From an uncultured Bacilli bacterium (GTDB lineage: Bacteria; Bacillota_I; Bacilli_A; RF39; UBA660): 64,000 nt of DNA. The notes beneath the pieces were generated by a model. The model was not told the DNA's origin, ran no database searches, and saw only the letters and a list, made by a program, of their open reading frames with translations. The stretch lies in assembly GCA_934098515.1 (NCBI GenBank), contig CAKOOK010000001.1, positions 89,076 to 153,075 of the forward strand, read 5' to 3'. A program made the translations under genes and the position numbers. Below are positions 7,601-16,086 of the stretch, in pieces; within the stretch, counting starts at the first letter, position 1, and every line of letters starts with the position of its first letter.

Positions 7601-8714
7601 CTTCCTTTTGCTCTGGCATTTTAGTTACTAGTTTATAGATTACGTAACCGCATATTCCAAGTAATATTAATATTATTAAGATTAAGCCAAAGTTACTTGA
7701 TTTTTTTATTGTTATTGTGTAGTCTTTAGTATCACCATTTTCTGCTGTAACAGTAATGACTACTTTACTTTTATTTTTTAGGTTTGTATTGTTTTTTATT
7801 TCGTATGTTGATGAGTCACTTTCAGTTTCAACAATCATATCTAAAGTTTTGTCACTCTTATTTATTTTTAGGGTGTACTCAGTTACATCTGGTTTAAATT
7901 CGATGTTGTATCCTTGAATTTCAATTTTTGATAGGTTCGTATTGTTATCTTTTTCATCAGCATAAGAAAGGATTATTCTATATACTCGGCTTGTATCATC
8001 TTCAGCTTTTACAGTTATTAATATTGGCTTATCAATGTCGATATTTTCGTTGTTTTCAATTTTAACTGTTGCTTTTTCACTTTCTGGCTTAGCAGTAATT
8101 TCAATGTTTGTTATGTCTTTATTTATTTTTAAGTTGTATGTTTCAACGTCTCTACTAAAGATAAAGTCTGTACCCTTTAAAGTAAGCTCTTTTAAGTAGT
8201 TGTTACTATCTTTTAAAGTACTAGTAGTTGTAGTAGTTGAAGTTGTAGTTTTAGAGGTAGTTACATTTGGTTTTGTAGTATTTGGCTTATATATTTTTTT
8301 AGTTGTTGTAGTAGTCGTTGTTGTTTTCTTAGTTGTAGTTGTGTATGCTAGGCCATTACTTGTTCTTGAACAGTCGTATGATGCTAGGATAGCACAGTAT
8401 TTTGGGTATGCGTCACTTCTACAAGCACCACTATATGCGGTACATGAACTTTTGGCAACAAAGTATAGTGGGTCTTTGTTACCATTTGAACATTTTACTA
8501 GTCCTTCAGTGTAGAACTGTGTTTGCCAGGTTCCACTATAGCAGGTTGCTTTAACGCAGTGACCGAAATATCCTTGATTAAAGTTTGCTTGGCCATAACT
8601 TGCTTGAAAGTCTAGACATGATTGATAATCTTTTACATATCCAACATCTAAAGCTGCATTAGCTTTTAAGGGAATTATAATTGATAGCATTGCTATTAAT
8701 AAATACTTTTTCAT
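7578..8714 (-). CDS. Surface adhesin: Cys-rich head, Thr-rich linker, two cadherin-like beta-sandwich repeats, C-terminal TM anchor
   Basis: Signal peptide, then 10 Cys in aa 30-115. Linker TTTKKTTTTTTTTKK..TTTSTTTTTST. Repeats of the form L.EL.L.G..F.F....Y.L.I..; C-terminal LILIILILLGICGYVIY. Confidence 0.65.
   Translation of the reverse strand: MKKYLLIAMLSIIIPLKANAALDVGYVKDYQSCLDFQASYGQANFNQGYFGHCVKATCYSGTWQTQFYTEGLVKCSNGNKDPLYFVAKSSCTAYSGACRSDAYPKYCAILASYDCSRTSNGLAYTTTTKKTTTTTTTTKKIYKPNTTKPNVTTSKTTTSTTTTTSTLKDSNNYLKELTLKGTDFIFSRDVETYNLKINKDITNIEITAKPESEKATVKIENNENIDIDKPILITVKAEDDTSRVYRIILSYADEKDNNTNLSKIEIQGYNIEFKPDVTEYTLKINKSDKTLDMIVETESDSSTYEIKNNTNLKNKSKVVITVTAENGDTKDYTITIKKSSNFGLILIILILLGICGYVIYKLVTKMPEQKEDDGYDYE
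8217..8342 (-). repeat. Thr/Lys-rich low-complexity linker coding tract
   Basis: aa 125-166 of the 378-aa adhesin. It produces the spurious poly-Val antisense ORF at 8200-8514. Confidence 0.8.
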
Positions 8715-8722
8715 ATTACCTC

Positions 8723-8764
8723 CAAAAAAAGATACCGATTTGTTAAACCAAATTTGGGTATCTT
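8723..8764 (-). terminator. Terminator/attenuator after the SPNTG protein gene
   Basis: Minus strand AAGAUACC-N20-GGUAUCUU followed by UUUUUGGAGG. The T-tract runs into the RBS of the next gene. Confidence 0.6.
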
Positions 8765-8801
8765 CAAATCTATATTAATAATATCATAAAATTATTAATA
8801 T

Positions 8802-9398
8802 TTAAATCTTTTTGAATACATTTTTCTTATTTAAAATAAATAGTCCACCAATTAATACTGCTGCTGATGCGGTTAATGCTAGGTAATAATCTTCTACTCC
8901 AGTGTTTGGGCTTTCTTCTTTATTACTTGGTGTTTCACTAGATGCTTCGTCTTTGTTTCCTGGATTAGTCGGAGTTGAAGGTGTATACTCGGTACCGCCT
9001 ACCTTTTGTGAGCAGTTATAGAATGTTTTTTGAGTAAAGTATACGTAAGCGCCTGTATCTGTACAAGTTGCACCTTCTTTTATTGCAGATGCAGGAGCAC
9101 CAGCGTCTATTATGGCGTTTGGTGTAGTGTTACCATTTGCACAGCTTACTGCATAAGTATTTAATTTCTTATGAACGTTTTTGCTGTTTGTACAAGATAC
9201 TTCGATACATTCTAGGTAGTAGCCAGCAGTGGCATTAGATAAGCTAGTGCCACCATTTTGATTGGCTGCTTCTATACATTTGTTTTTTGCATCTGCTTCA
9301 TCTTTAACATTCCAGATGGTTGTTGTTGTATTTTGATCTACTTTTGCAAATACACTTATAGGCATTATAAGTAATAGACTAATAAGTATTTTTTTCAT
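8802..9398 (-). CDS. Secreted Cys-rich protein with an SPNTG sortase sorting signal
   Basis: Signal peptide and a Cys-rich domain homologous to the head of 7578-8714 (..YYLECIEVSC..VSCANGNTTP). C-terminal SPNTG, a hydrophobic stretch, then NKKNVFKKI. Confidence 0.65.
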   Translation of the reverse strand: MKKILISLLLIMPISVFAKVDQNTTTTIWNVKDEADAKNKCIEAANQNGGTSLSNATAGYYLECIEVSCTNSKNVHKKLNTYAVSCANGNTTPNAIIDAGAPASAIKEGATCTDTGAYVYFTQKTFYNCSQKVGGTEYTPSTPTNPGNKDEASSETPSNKEESPNTGVEDYYLALTASAAVLIGGLFILNKKNVFKKI

Positions 9399-9405
9399 AT
9401 TATTC

Positions 9406-12400
9406 CTACTTTCCTAAATATTCTTTCATTTTTTTATTTTTCTTACGAACTACTATTATTATACCCGTTCCTAAGATTATTACACTTCCAATAATTACAG
9501 CAGTCATTTCAAGTGCTTTGTTATAACTATCTTTTTGAATGTCAATTGAGTATATGTTTGTAGCTCCATTTTCAGCAACAACTTTAATTCTAACTGTACT
9601 AAATCCTGTTAGTGAGTTGTTACCATACATATATACTTCTGACCTACTGCTTGTTGGTGTTGCGGTTATGACTAAACTCTTTTCTCTTTTGATTTTGATT
9701 GTATAGTCTAGTTTTTCTGGTGAAAAGTCTATTCCGTAATCTTTTACTGTTAATGATGAAAGTGTGACGTCGTTAGATATTTCTAGGCCCGCTTCTTTTC
9801 TAATTACTGTTACGGTATATGATTTTGTTTGTTTACCATTTTTAACAGTTATCTTTAGGTTGTTAGCACCAACTTTTAGGCCTCTATCTCCTTCAACTGT
9901 GGCAAAGGCGTTGTCACTTTCTGGGAAAGCATATACATTTACTGATGAGTATTCGTATGGAACAGTTACTGAGTATTCATAGATTTCTTTGTTAAAGTCA
10001 AGGGCGGTTCCTTCGATTGTTAAGGTGTCTAGATAAGCACTTGTACTAGTTTCTTCTTCTGCACCTTTTTTAATAAATGTTAGAACGTAACTTCTTGTTA
10101 TACCAGACTCACTTATTACTTCAAGAACTGATGTTGTAATATCTTCAGTTAGTTCTATTTCACGAGGTTCATTACCTTCAACAAATGATGATGTATCACT
10201 TGCTAGTGTACCATTGATACTTACTTTTTTAGTGTTTTTTGGTACTTCAATGTTATAGTCTGTTACGTATGGATCAAATTCAATTTTACCTTTACTTACT
10301 GTTAAATCTGTTAGAAGGTTGTTAGATACACGGTTATCTGTTCTTGTAGCGATGATTGTGTAAGTTCTTACTTTGCCTTCTTTGTTTTTGATTTTGATTA
10401 AGATTTTATTTTCACCATAATCTAGGTCTACTGTTCTTGGTTCGAAACCTTCAACGTATGATGCATCAGAACTTGTTAGAGTTGCAAATACACTTATTTT
10501 ACTACTGTTTACTTCTATTTTATAACCCATTGATAATGAGTCAAAGCCAGCTAGTGTTTTGTCATTTTTAAGTCTATTTGATAGTAGTGAGTATTCACTT
10601 GGCATAACGTCTAAGTAAGCGTTTTCTCCTTCAATGCTATTTAAGGTTACTGCTACATCGTTTGCATCTTTTACACTTAATGTTTGTAAAGTATTGGTAA
10701 TATCTGCATCATGAACTATTGCAAACATTGGTCTACTTAAGATTCCTTTTTCATCTTTTACCCATGCATAGTATAGACCTGCTTCTTTTTGTTCATAAGC
10801 AACTGCATTTGAATCGGCAAAGTCTTTCCAGATGCTATCTACTGTTGGGTTTTCAGAGTTATCTAAATAATAGCTTTTAACTTCATTAGTTATTTTTCTA
10901 CCTTTAATTGTGATTGTACCTAATCCTTGATTTAGCAATGATGCGGTTATTTCAATTGCAGGTCTTGTTCCATTTGAGCATGATACTAAGTATGTTTTAT
11001 GGCATGTTCCATTTTTAACTTTATCGCATGTGTTTTCGGTTAGTTCAACTGGATTTTGAGTATAATCTTTTGCGCAAGTGAACATATCCATTACATCAGT
11101 AGCATCAGTTATTTTATTATTTTTCTTTTCGTAACAGATTTTGATTTTTTTACTTGTATCTGTTACGTCTGTTTGTTTGTCACTAGTTTTGCAATTTTTT
11201 TCACCATCACCATTTAAAGCGTTGCATTCATCTTCAGTTTGGACTGATGCCTCAATTGCATATTTATTTGATAGGTCTTCTTCAGACCAAATGTATTTGT
11301 TTTCTGTTTCATTATGGTAGCATCTAGCTTCTACTTGTTCTTCTTCATCTGCACATGATGATTTATCCAGTACTCTTGATGTTAGGTTGTTACGATATAC
11401 GAATCCTTCTTTACCATTGTAGGTTACTTTGCAGTACTGATTATTTGAGTATGAGCAAGCTGATGTCACGCTTCCATTAATTGTTACTTTTTCAGCACAA
11501 GATATTTTATCATTTGCTTTTTTGTTTATTTCACTTTCACTAGAATAAAAATCTGTAGTTCTTAGGGTATATCTTGTTTGACTTTTACAACTTTCAGGAA
11601 GTACGTCAAAACTAGTTACTAGCAAGTTACGGTAAACTTTAGTAGTTGTATTTACGGCTACACCGTTTACTTTTGTAACAATACAAGTTGGGTTAGCACC
11701 TGATGTTTCACAAGTTGTTACGTATACCTCATCTCCACATGATACTTCGTAACCACCAGCTGATGCGTTTGCTTTTGCATATCTTACATCATTTATTGGC
11801 TCAGAAGTTATGCTTGGTGTTGGGACTGGGGTTACTGGTGAAGGATTACCACTACTACATGCTGAAGGTTTAGTTTCACTATAATACTTTGTGTCTAATC
11901 CTGTGTAATTTTTACCATTATAAGTAAATGCACATAGTGCTCCTTGAGAATTACCACTACAAGTTGTTACTTTAATTTGCGAACATTTTTTGATTGTTTC
12001 ATTTTTTCCAGAACTATTTTTTACTGTAACGTCTGATTTTATCCAAGCTTGTTTATTTACTGTATAGCCACCATTTGTATTACAATCGGATGGTTTTGTA
12101 TAATTATAGTATTTGCTATTCAAACCTGAATAAACCTTTCCATTATAAGTAAATGAACATATTGCACCTTGTGAGTTCCCGTTACATGTTGTTACATGGA
12201 TTTGCGAACATTTCTTTATTTTTTCATTGCTTCCTGAACTGTTTTTTACTGAAGTGTCTTGAGTTATCCAAGCAGTTTTGTTTACTTGGTATCCACCACC
12301 TGTTACGGTAATGTTAGCAATTAATTTGGTCCTTTGGAAGCCATAATAAAGTTCTACCTTTGCATTTCCTACACTTGTACCTTTAATAGTAGTAACTACG

Positions 12401-12723
12401 CCGCTTCTTGATACATTGTTTGTTAATGAAATAAAATCATTTCCTTGTAAAATATTATTACTTCCAGAAGTTCCTCCTGCGTCTGTTCCGTAGCCACATT
12501 TTGTTGCTATATCACGTCTAATTTCGACTGATTCTCCAACTTTAACTGTATAATTAAATACATCGCCTTCTTTGCAAGATTTTGCGGCTAGGGTGTCATT
12601 GTTTTGAACTTCTTTTTGTGATTCGGTTTTACTATTATTGTTTAAACTTATCTTGGATATACTGAAAAAAATTATTGGTAAGATAAGTAGTAATAATAAA
12701 TATAGATATTTTTTCTTTTTCAT
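9406..12723 (-). CDS. Large surface adhesin (1105 aa): Ig-like N-domain, four ~75-aa Cys-containing modules, Cys-rich middle, four cadherin-like repeats, TM anchor
   Basis: Signal peptide; modular repeats read directly from the translation; C-terminal AVIIGSVIILGTGIIIVVRKKNKK. Confidence 0.7.
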   Translation of the reverse strand: MKKKKYLYLLLLLILPIIFFSISKISLNNNSKTESQKEVQNNDTLAAKSCKEGDVFNYTVKVGESVEIRRDIATKCGYGTDAGGTSGSNNILQGNDFISLTNNVSRSGVVTTIKGTSVGNAKVELYYGFQRTKLIANITVTGGGYQVNKTAWITQDTSVKNSSGSNEKIKKCSQIHVTTCNGNSQGAICSFTYNGKVYSGLNSKYYNYTKPSDCNTNGGYTVNKQAWIKSDVTVKNSSGKNETIKKCSQIKVTTCSGNSQGALCAFTYNGKNYTGLDTKYYSETKPSACSSGNPSPVTPVPTPSITSEPINDVRYAKANASAGGYEVSCGDEVYVTTCETSGANPTCIVTKVNGVAVNTTTKVYRNLLVTSFDVLPESCKSQTRYTLRTTDFYSSESEINKKANDKISCAEKVTINGSVTSACSYSNNQYCKVTYNGKEGFVYRNNLTSRVLDKSSCADEEEQVEARCYHNETENKYIWSEEDLSNKYAIEASVQTEDECNALNGDGEKNCKTSDKQTDVTDTSKKIKICYEKKNNKITDATDVMDMFTCAKDYTQNPVELTENTCDKVKNGTCHKTYLVSCSNGTRPAIEITASLLNQGLGTITIKGRKITNEVKSYYLDNSENPTVDSIWKDFADSNAVAYEQKEAGLYYAWVKDEKGILSRPMFAIVHDADITNTLQTLSVKDANDVAVTLNSIEGENAYLDVMPSEYSLLSNRLKNDKTLAGFDSLSMGYKIEVNSSKISVFATLTSSDASYVEGFEPRTVDLDYGENKILIKIKNKEGKVRTYTIIATRTDNRVSNNLLTDLTVSKGKIEFDPYVTDYNIEVPKNTKKVSINGTLASDTSSFVEGNEPREIELTEDITTSVLEVISESGITRSYVLTFIKKGAEEETSTSAYLDTLTIEGTALDFNKEIYEYSVTVPYEYSSVNVYAFPESDNAFATVEGDRGLKVGANNLKITVKNGKQTKSYTVTVIRKEAGLEISNDVTLSSLTVKDYGIDFSPEKLDYTIKIKREKSLVITATPTSSRSEVYMYGNNSLTGFSTVRIKVVAENGATNIYSIDIQKDSYNKALEMTAVIIGSVIILGTGIIIVVRKKNKKMKEYLGK
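9532..10695 (-). repeat. Four diverged cadherin-like beta-sandwich modules (~85-95 aa each)
   Basis: Recurrent L..L.V..g.i.F.p....Y.i.V......v.i.a......s.v.g.....l..g.n.i.i.v....g....Y.i.i pattern across aa 677-1064. Confidence 0.65.
11848..12297 (-). repeat. Tandem 2 x 225-nt coding repeat (aa 143-217 and 218-292 of the 1105-aa adhesin)
   Basis: GGYQVNKTAWITQDTSVKNSSGSNEKIKKCSQIHVTTCNGNSQGAICSFTYNGKVYSGL.. versus GGYTVNKQAWIKSDVTVKNSSGKNETIKKCSQIKVTTCSGNSQGALCAFTYNGKNYTGL.. Confidence 0.8.
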
Positions 12724-12750
12724 TTTACACGCTCCTACTTTCTATATATT

Positions 12751-12779
12751 ATTGTAAAGCATACGTTAAAAAAAAGCAA
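12751..12779 (-). promoter_or_regulatory. Sigma-A-type promoter candidate for the adhesin/T4SS-like operon
   Basis: Minus strand TTGCTT-N17-TACAAT, followed by RBS GTAGGAGCG and the ATG at 12723. Confidence 0.5.
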
Positions 12780-12859
12780 TAAAAAAGAAAGATGTCAGCT
12801 TAAATTTATGTTCTTGCACTTAAATGTTAATAAAAAAACATTAATTATTTATTTTTGTA

Positions 12860-12920
12860 ATATAAAAAGATACATGTTTACCTTAACTTATAATGTATTA
12901 TAGGTAATTAATGTATCTCT
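12860..12920 (-). terminator. Imperfect hairpin plus T-tract ending the dnaB-dnaI transcription unit
   Basis: Arms 12868-12882 and 12903-12918 (AGATACAT core is perfect). The loop is about 20 nt and the minus strand follows with UUUUUAUAUU. Confidence 0.4.
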
Positions 12921-12934
12921 TTTACTTACTTAAA

Positions 12935-13219
12935 TTAATTTTGAGTTAATAAAATATATTGAGCAAGAAGATTTTTAAAATTTTCTATGTATACTAATAA
13001 AGCTTCTAAAAAGTCATCTTCGCTTTCTAGTCCATCTTTCATATCTAGTATTTCTTTGCTTTTTAGATAATTTAAATCAACTTTTGAATCTTCAGCTAAT
13101 TTGTCAATAATAGCATTTATTTCTTTTACCGAATTTATGATTTCCATTCTTTTGTCTGGAATATCTAATGTTTTAAAAGTTTCCATGTACTCACTGAAGG
13201 CATCGTTAAATTCAGTCAT
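12935..13219 (-). CDS. Hypothetical small acidic protein
   Basis: 94-aa ORF. Its start overlaps the stop of the upstream gene (TAATG), and a hairpin lies downstream. Confidence 0.5.
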   Translation of the reverse strand: MTEFNDAFSEYMETFKTLDIPDKRMEIINSVKEINAIIDKLAEDSKVDLNYLKSKEILDMKDGLESEDDFLEALLVYIENFKNLLAQYILLTQN

Positions 13220-13755
13220 TATTTGCTTTTTCCTCCATATAAAGCATCAATTTCACTTGACTTCATATTTTCAATATTTAGTTTATCTGGTTTTTTTGCG
13301 AATAATTTGGTTACTGGAGATAAATTTTGATATCTTGCTTTAGCCCTTTTAAAAGCTAGCATTTTAGCGCCTTGTTCTTTTGATTCTTCTGCTTGCCTTT
13401 GTTCTTCTGTTTTTCTAGCTTCTAATAGTTCGTTATCTCTTTCGTAAGCAGCGGATCTTTTATCAGGGTCCATTCCACGATAGTAATCTTCTCTTTCTTT
13501 AATCTCGTCATGTTGTTTACGTTCTTCTGGTGTCATATTTTTTAGTGCTTCAGCAAGTTCTTCTTTTCTTTTTGCGCTTTTCTCATAGAATTCATCTAGT
13601 TCATCTTTTCTTCTTGCTTCAGCTAATTCTTTGTCCCATTCAGCTTCAGTCATACCAAAATATGGATTATCGATTGGGCTTACTCCTTCTTGATAGGCAT
13701 TATCATAAAATTCTCTATCTCTTTTTAAATCTTCTTCTCTACTCATAACAAGCAC
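13219..13755 (-). CDS. Hypothetical highly charged (Glu/Lys/Arg-rich) protein
   Basis: 178-aa ORF downstream of dnaI with helical, coiled-coil-like composition. Confidence 0.5.
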   Translation of the reverse strand: MLVMSREEDLKRDREFYDNAYQEGVSPIDNPYFGMTEAEWDKELAEARRKDELDEFYEKSAKRKEELAEALKNMTPEERKQHDEIKEREDYYRGMDPDKRSAAYERDNELLEARKTEEQRQAEESKEQGAKMLAFKRAKARYQNLSPVTKLFAKKPDKLNIENMKSSEIDALYGGKSK

Positions 13756-13816
13756 CTCTTTCTTATTTTGATATTATCATTAAATAATTTATTTTTCAAC
13801 ATTTGCATTTTTTTGT

Positions 13817-14728
13817 TTACACTTGCTTTCTTCTGTTATCACTTATTAATTCAAGATTATCTGTTAATTGTTTGATTCTTTCCATTATTCTTCCGGATTT
13901 TATTTGTTCTTCTGCTGATTTAGATGTACTAAAGTGAGATGCTAGTTCTTCTAGGTTTAAATTTGATGTGAAGAATGTTGCTTTTTTTTCTTCCATTCTA
14001 TATTGAAGAATGGTTCCTAGGACTTCATCCCTGTTCCAGCCGGTTACAGTTTCTGCGCCAAGATCATCTAGGAGTAAAAGATCTGCTTCTTTTAATTCTT
14101 TGATTCTTGTGTAATAGTCGTCATTTGTAAATGATTCTTTAAGGCTTCTTAGTAGTTCTGGGTAGTAGATAATAAGTGCGGTGTAGCCTTCTTTTGATAG
14201 TTCATTTAGAAGAGCACTAATTAGGTAGGTTTTACCACTACCAAAGGAGCCATGTAAGTATAAGCCTTTTTCTGTTTTTCCTTCTTTGAAATTATCGTAG
14301 AATTTTTTTAACCATTTGATTATTTTTACTCTTTTAGCATCAGTGATATCGATGTTAGACATTTTGGCAGTTTTAATTTCATATGGCATTTCAAAGAATT
14401 CTGATTTTATTTCGGCTTTTTCTTTAAGGATTGCTTTTTTATATTTGCAAGCAACATAGTTAAATGTTACGGAGTCTTCGTCAATGGTTGGATAGTATAC
14501 TGCACCTTCAACTTTATTTTTGCACATGTGAATGCTTTTGCAGTTTTTACAGTTTTCTAGTTCTTGCATTGTTCTTTCAATTTTTGATGTGTATTTGTAA
14601 GCAATGTTATCTTTTATTTTGAGTCTTTTGACTGTTTTTTTGAATTCTTCGTTTGTTAGAGCATGGGCATAATCTTTTTTCAGAGCATCATCTAAGTTTG
14701 GTTTTTGGTATTTTTTTAATTCTTCCAT
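13817..14728 (-). CDS. dnaI: Primosomal helicase-loader protein DnaI
   Basis: Cys cluster CKNCKSIHMC near the N-terminus. Walker A GLYLHGSFGSGKTYL and Walker B LLLLDDLGAE. It lies immediately after the dnaB-type gene, as in Bacillus. Confidence 0.85.
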   Translation of the reverse strand: MEELKKYQKPNLDDALKKDYAHALTNEEFKKTVKRLKIKDNIAYKYTSKIERTMQELENCKNCKSIHMCKNKVEGAVYYPTIDEDSVTFNYVACKYKKAILKEKAEIKSEFFEMPYEIKTAKMSNIDITDAKRVKIIKWLKKFYDNFKEGKTEKGLYLHGSFGSGKTYLISALLNELSKEGYTALIIYYPELLRSLKESFTNDDYYTRIKELKEADLLLLDDLGAETVTGWNRDEVLGTILQYRMEEKKATFFTSNLNLEELASHFSTSKSAEEQIKSGRIMERIKQLTDNLELISDNRRKQV

Positions 14729-14729
14729 G

Positions 14730-16004
14730 TTATCTAAACTCCTTTAATAGATTTTCCATTTCTTTTTGTTCTTCTTCGCTTATTTCTTCTTTTGTTTGGT
14801 CTTTACCGAACCATACAGGAAGTTTGCTTACGTTTTTGACTTCTTTTTTAGGTTTCTTTTTGTATTCTTTTTCAGCTTCTTTCATGGCTTCGCGTGCGGT
14901 TTTGATTCCAAGGCGAGCCCACTGTCCAGCGATTGTTTCAATAAATGCTTTAGTTAGTTTGTTATTGTTTATTTTTAGGACATAGTCAATTAGGACGTTG
15001 ATTACTGCAGGAGTCATGTTTAGTTCAATCGCTAGGTATTCTAAAATTTTTAAGTCTGATGCAGTTGGTGTGCCAATTTTGTATTTACTTCTTAAAAAGT
15101 CATATGGTGTTGTGTTTTCAAAGATGTAGATCATTTTACCTCTACTTGATGTATCTCCATCTGGAGTTTTTAAGTGTTCCGGCTGAGTTCTATAGATGAG
15201 TGTTGGTAGTGCCCCAGTGTTGTTGTATTCATAATATTTTCTAACTTCTTTTTGAAGGATATCTCTGTTAAGCATTCCTTGTTCATCTAAGCATATACGC
15301 ATGATTTCACTCATTTTTAAAGTATCTAGGTTGTAGACGAAAGCTAGTGAGTTTATTAGTTCTTTATTTTTCTTATTTAGTGTTTTTTCATTTAAAATGT
15401 TATTTGGGATGCTTGATGATAGAAGGTCAAAGTCAATTAGATTGGTTACTTCGGGTTTGTTTGTTTCTTTTTCTTTGATGGATGATCCTGCTAGCATAGA
15501 TGCGGGTACTGATGAAAATGTTGTATTTATTTTTTCACTTATTTCTTCAAAACCTGTATAGTTAAAAGTTTTCTTTTTATAGTTTTTGATAAGTTCTTCG
15601 TATTCATCTTTACCTATGTTATTATATAAGACAATATTTAAGATTGGATGATTAAAGAATTCTGATGCTGATAATGGTGCGTATAGTTCATAGATGTAAC
15701 TATTTAATTCTTCACCGTCTTTGTAGTATGTTCTAAGAAGTCCAGTTGCTTCTAAGGCTTTTCTTGATTCTTTAATATCATCTAGTTTAGTTTTTAAGAT
15801 GGTCATTAGGTGATGATGTGTGTGTGTTATGCTTGATGTTTCACTTTTGTCTAGGTCACTCCATAAAGATAAGTATAAGCTTACTGGAAGAGCACCAATG
15901 ATAGGTTCGTAAAGACTTATTAAGTTTTTTTTGTCGTATTCAGTTAATAAAGTTTTGTTTATTACTGTATAAAGATCTGCTGGTAGTAAGCTTATATATT
16001 TCAT
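14730..16004 (-). CDS. dnaB: Replication initiation and membrane attachment protein (Bacillus DnaB type, DnaD-like domain)
   Basis: C-terminal MTPAVINVLIDYVLKINNNKLTKAFIETIAGQWARLGIKTAREAMKEAE is the DnaB_2/DnaD-type motif. The gene is coupled to dnaI. Confidence 0.75.
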   Translation of the reverse strand: MKYISLLPADLYTVINKTLLTEYDKKNLISLYEPIIGALPVSLYLSLWSDLDKSETSSITHTHHHLMTILKTKLDDIKESRKALEATGLLRTYYKDGEELNSYIYELYAPLSASEFFNHPILNIVLYNNIGKDEYEELIKNYKKKTFNYTGFEEISEKINTTFSSVPASMLAGSSIKEKETNKPEVTNLIDFDLLSSSIPNNILNEKTLNKKNKELINSLAFVYNLDTLKMSEIMRICLDEQGMLNRDILQKEVRKYYEYNNTGALPTLIYRTQPEHLKTPDGDTSSRGKMIYIFENTTPYDFLRSKYKIGTPTASDLKILEYLAIELNMTPAVINVLIDYVLKINNNKLTKAFIETIAGQWARLGIKTAREAMKEAEKEYKKKPKKEVKNVSKLPVWFGKDQTKEEISEEEQKEMENLLKEFR

Positions 16005-16057
16005 GGAATCACCCTCTTCTTTTTTATATTCTACATATTTTTTTATTTATTTACAAG

Positions 16058-16086
16058 TTAAAAAAGAAAGTTTTTAGGCTTTCTTA
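16058..16086 (-). terminator. Terminator after the C1 protease gene
   Basis: Minus strand AAGAAAG-CCUAAAAA-CUUUCUU followed by UUUUAA. Confidence 0.45.

Larger units (their letters stand above)
1..12723 (-). other. T4SS-like pilus/adhesin gene cluster. It may derive from an ICE, but no relaxase, coupling protein or integrase lies inside the window.
   Basis: 15 co-oriented ORFs with short gaps. A sigma-A-like promoter sits at 12751-12779. Hairpin terminators follow two of the three small pilin-like genes (4946-5272 and 7190-7600). Confidence 0.5.

Noticed and set aside
8200-8514. 104-aa plus-strand ORF rich in poly-Val
   Set aside because: It is the antisense reading of the Thr-rich (ACN) linker of the 378-aa adhesin, so it is an artefact of low-complexity sequence.
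14653-14985. 110-aa and 63-aa plus-strand ORFs across the dnaB/dnaI junction
   Set aside because: They are antisense to two strongly supported genes. The composition is hydrophobic and low-complexity, and there are no start signals.
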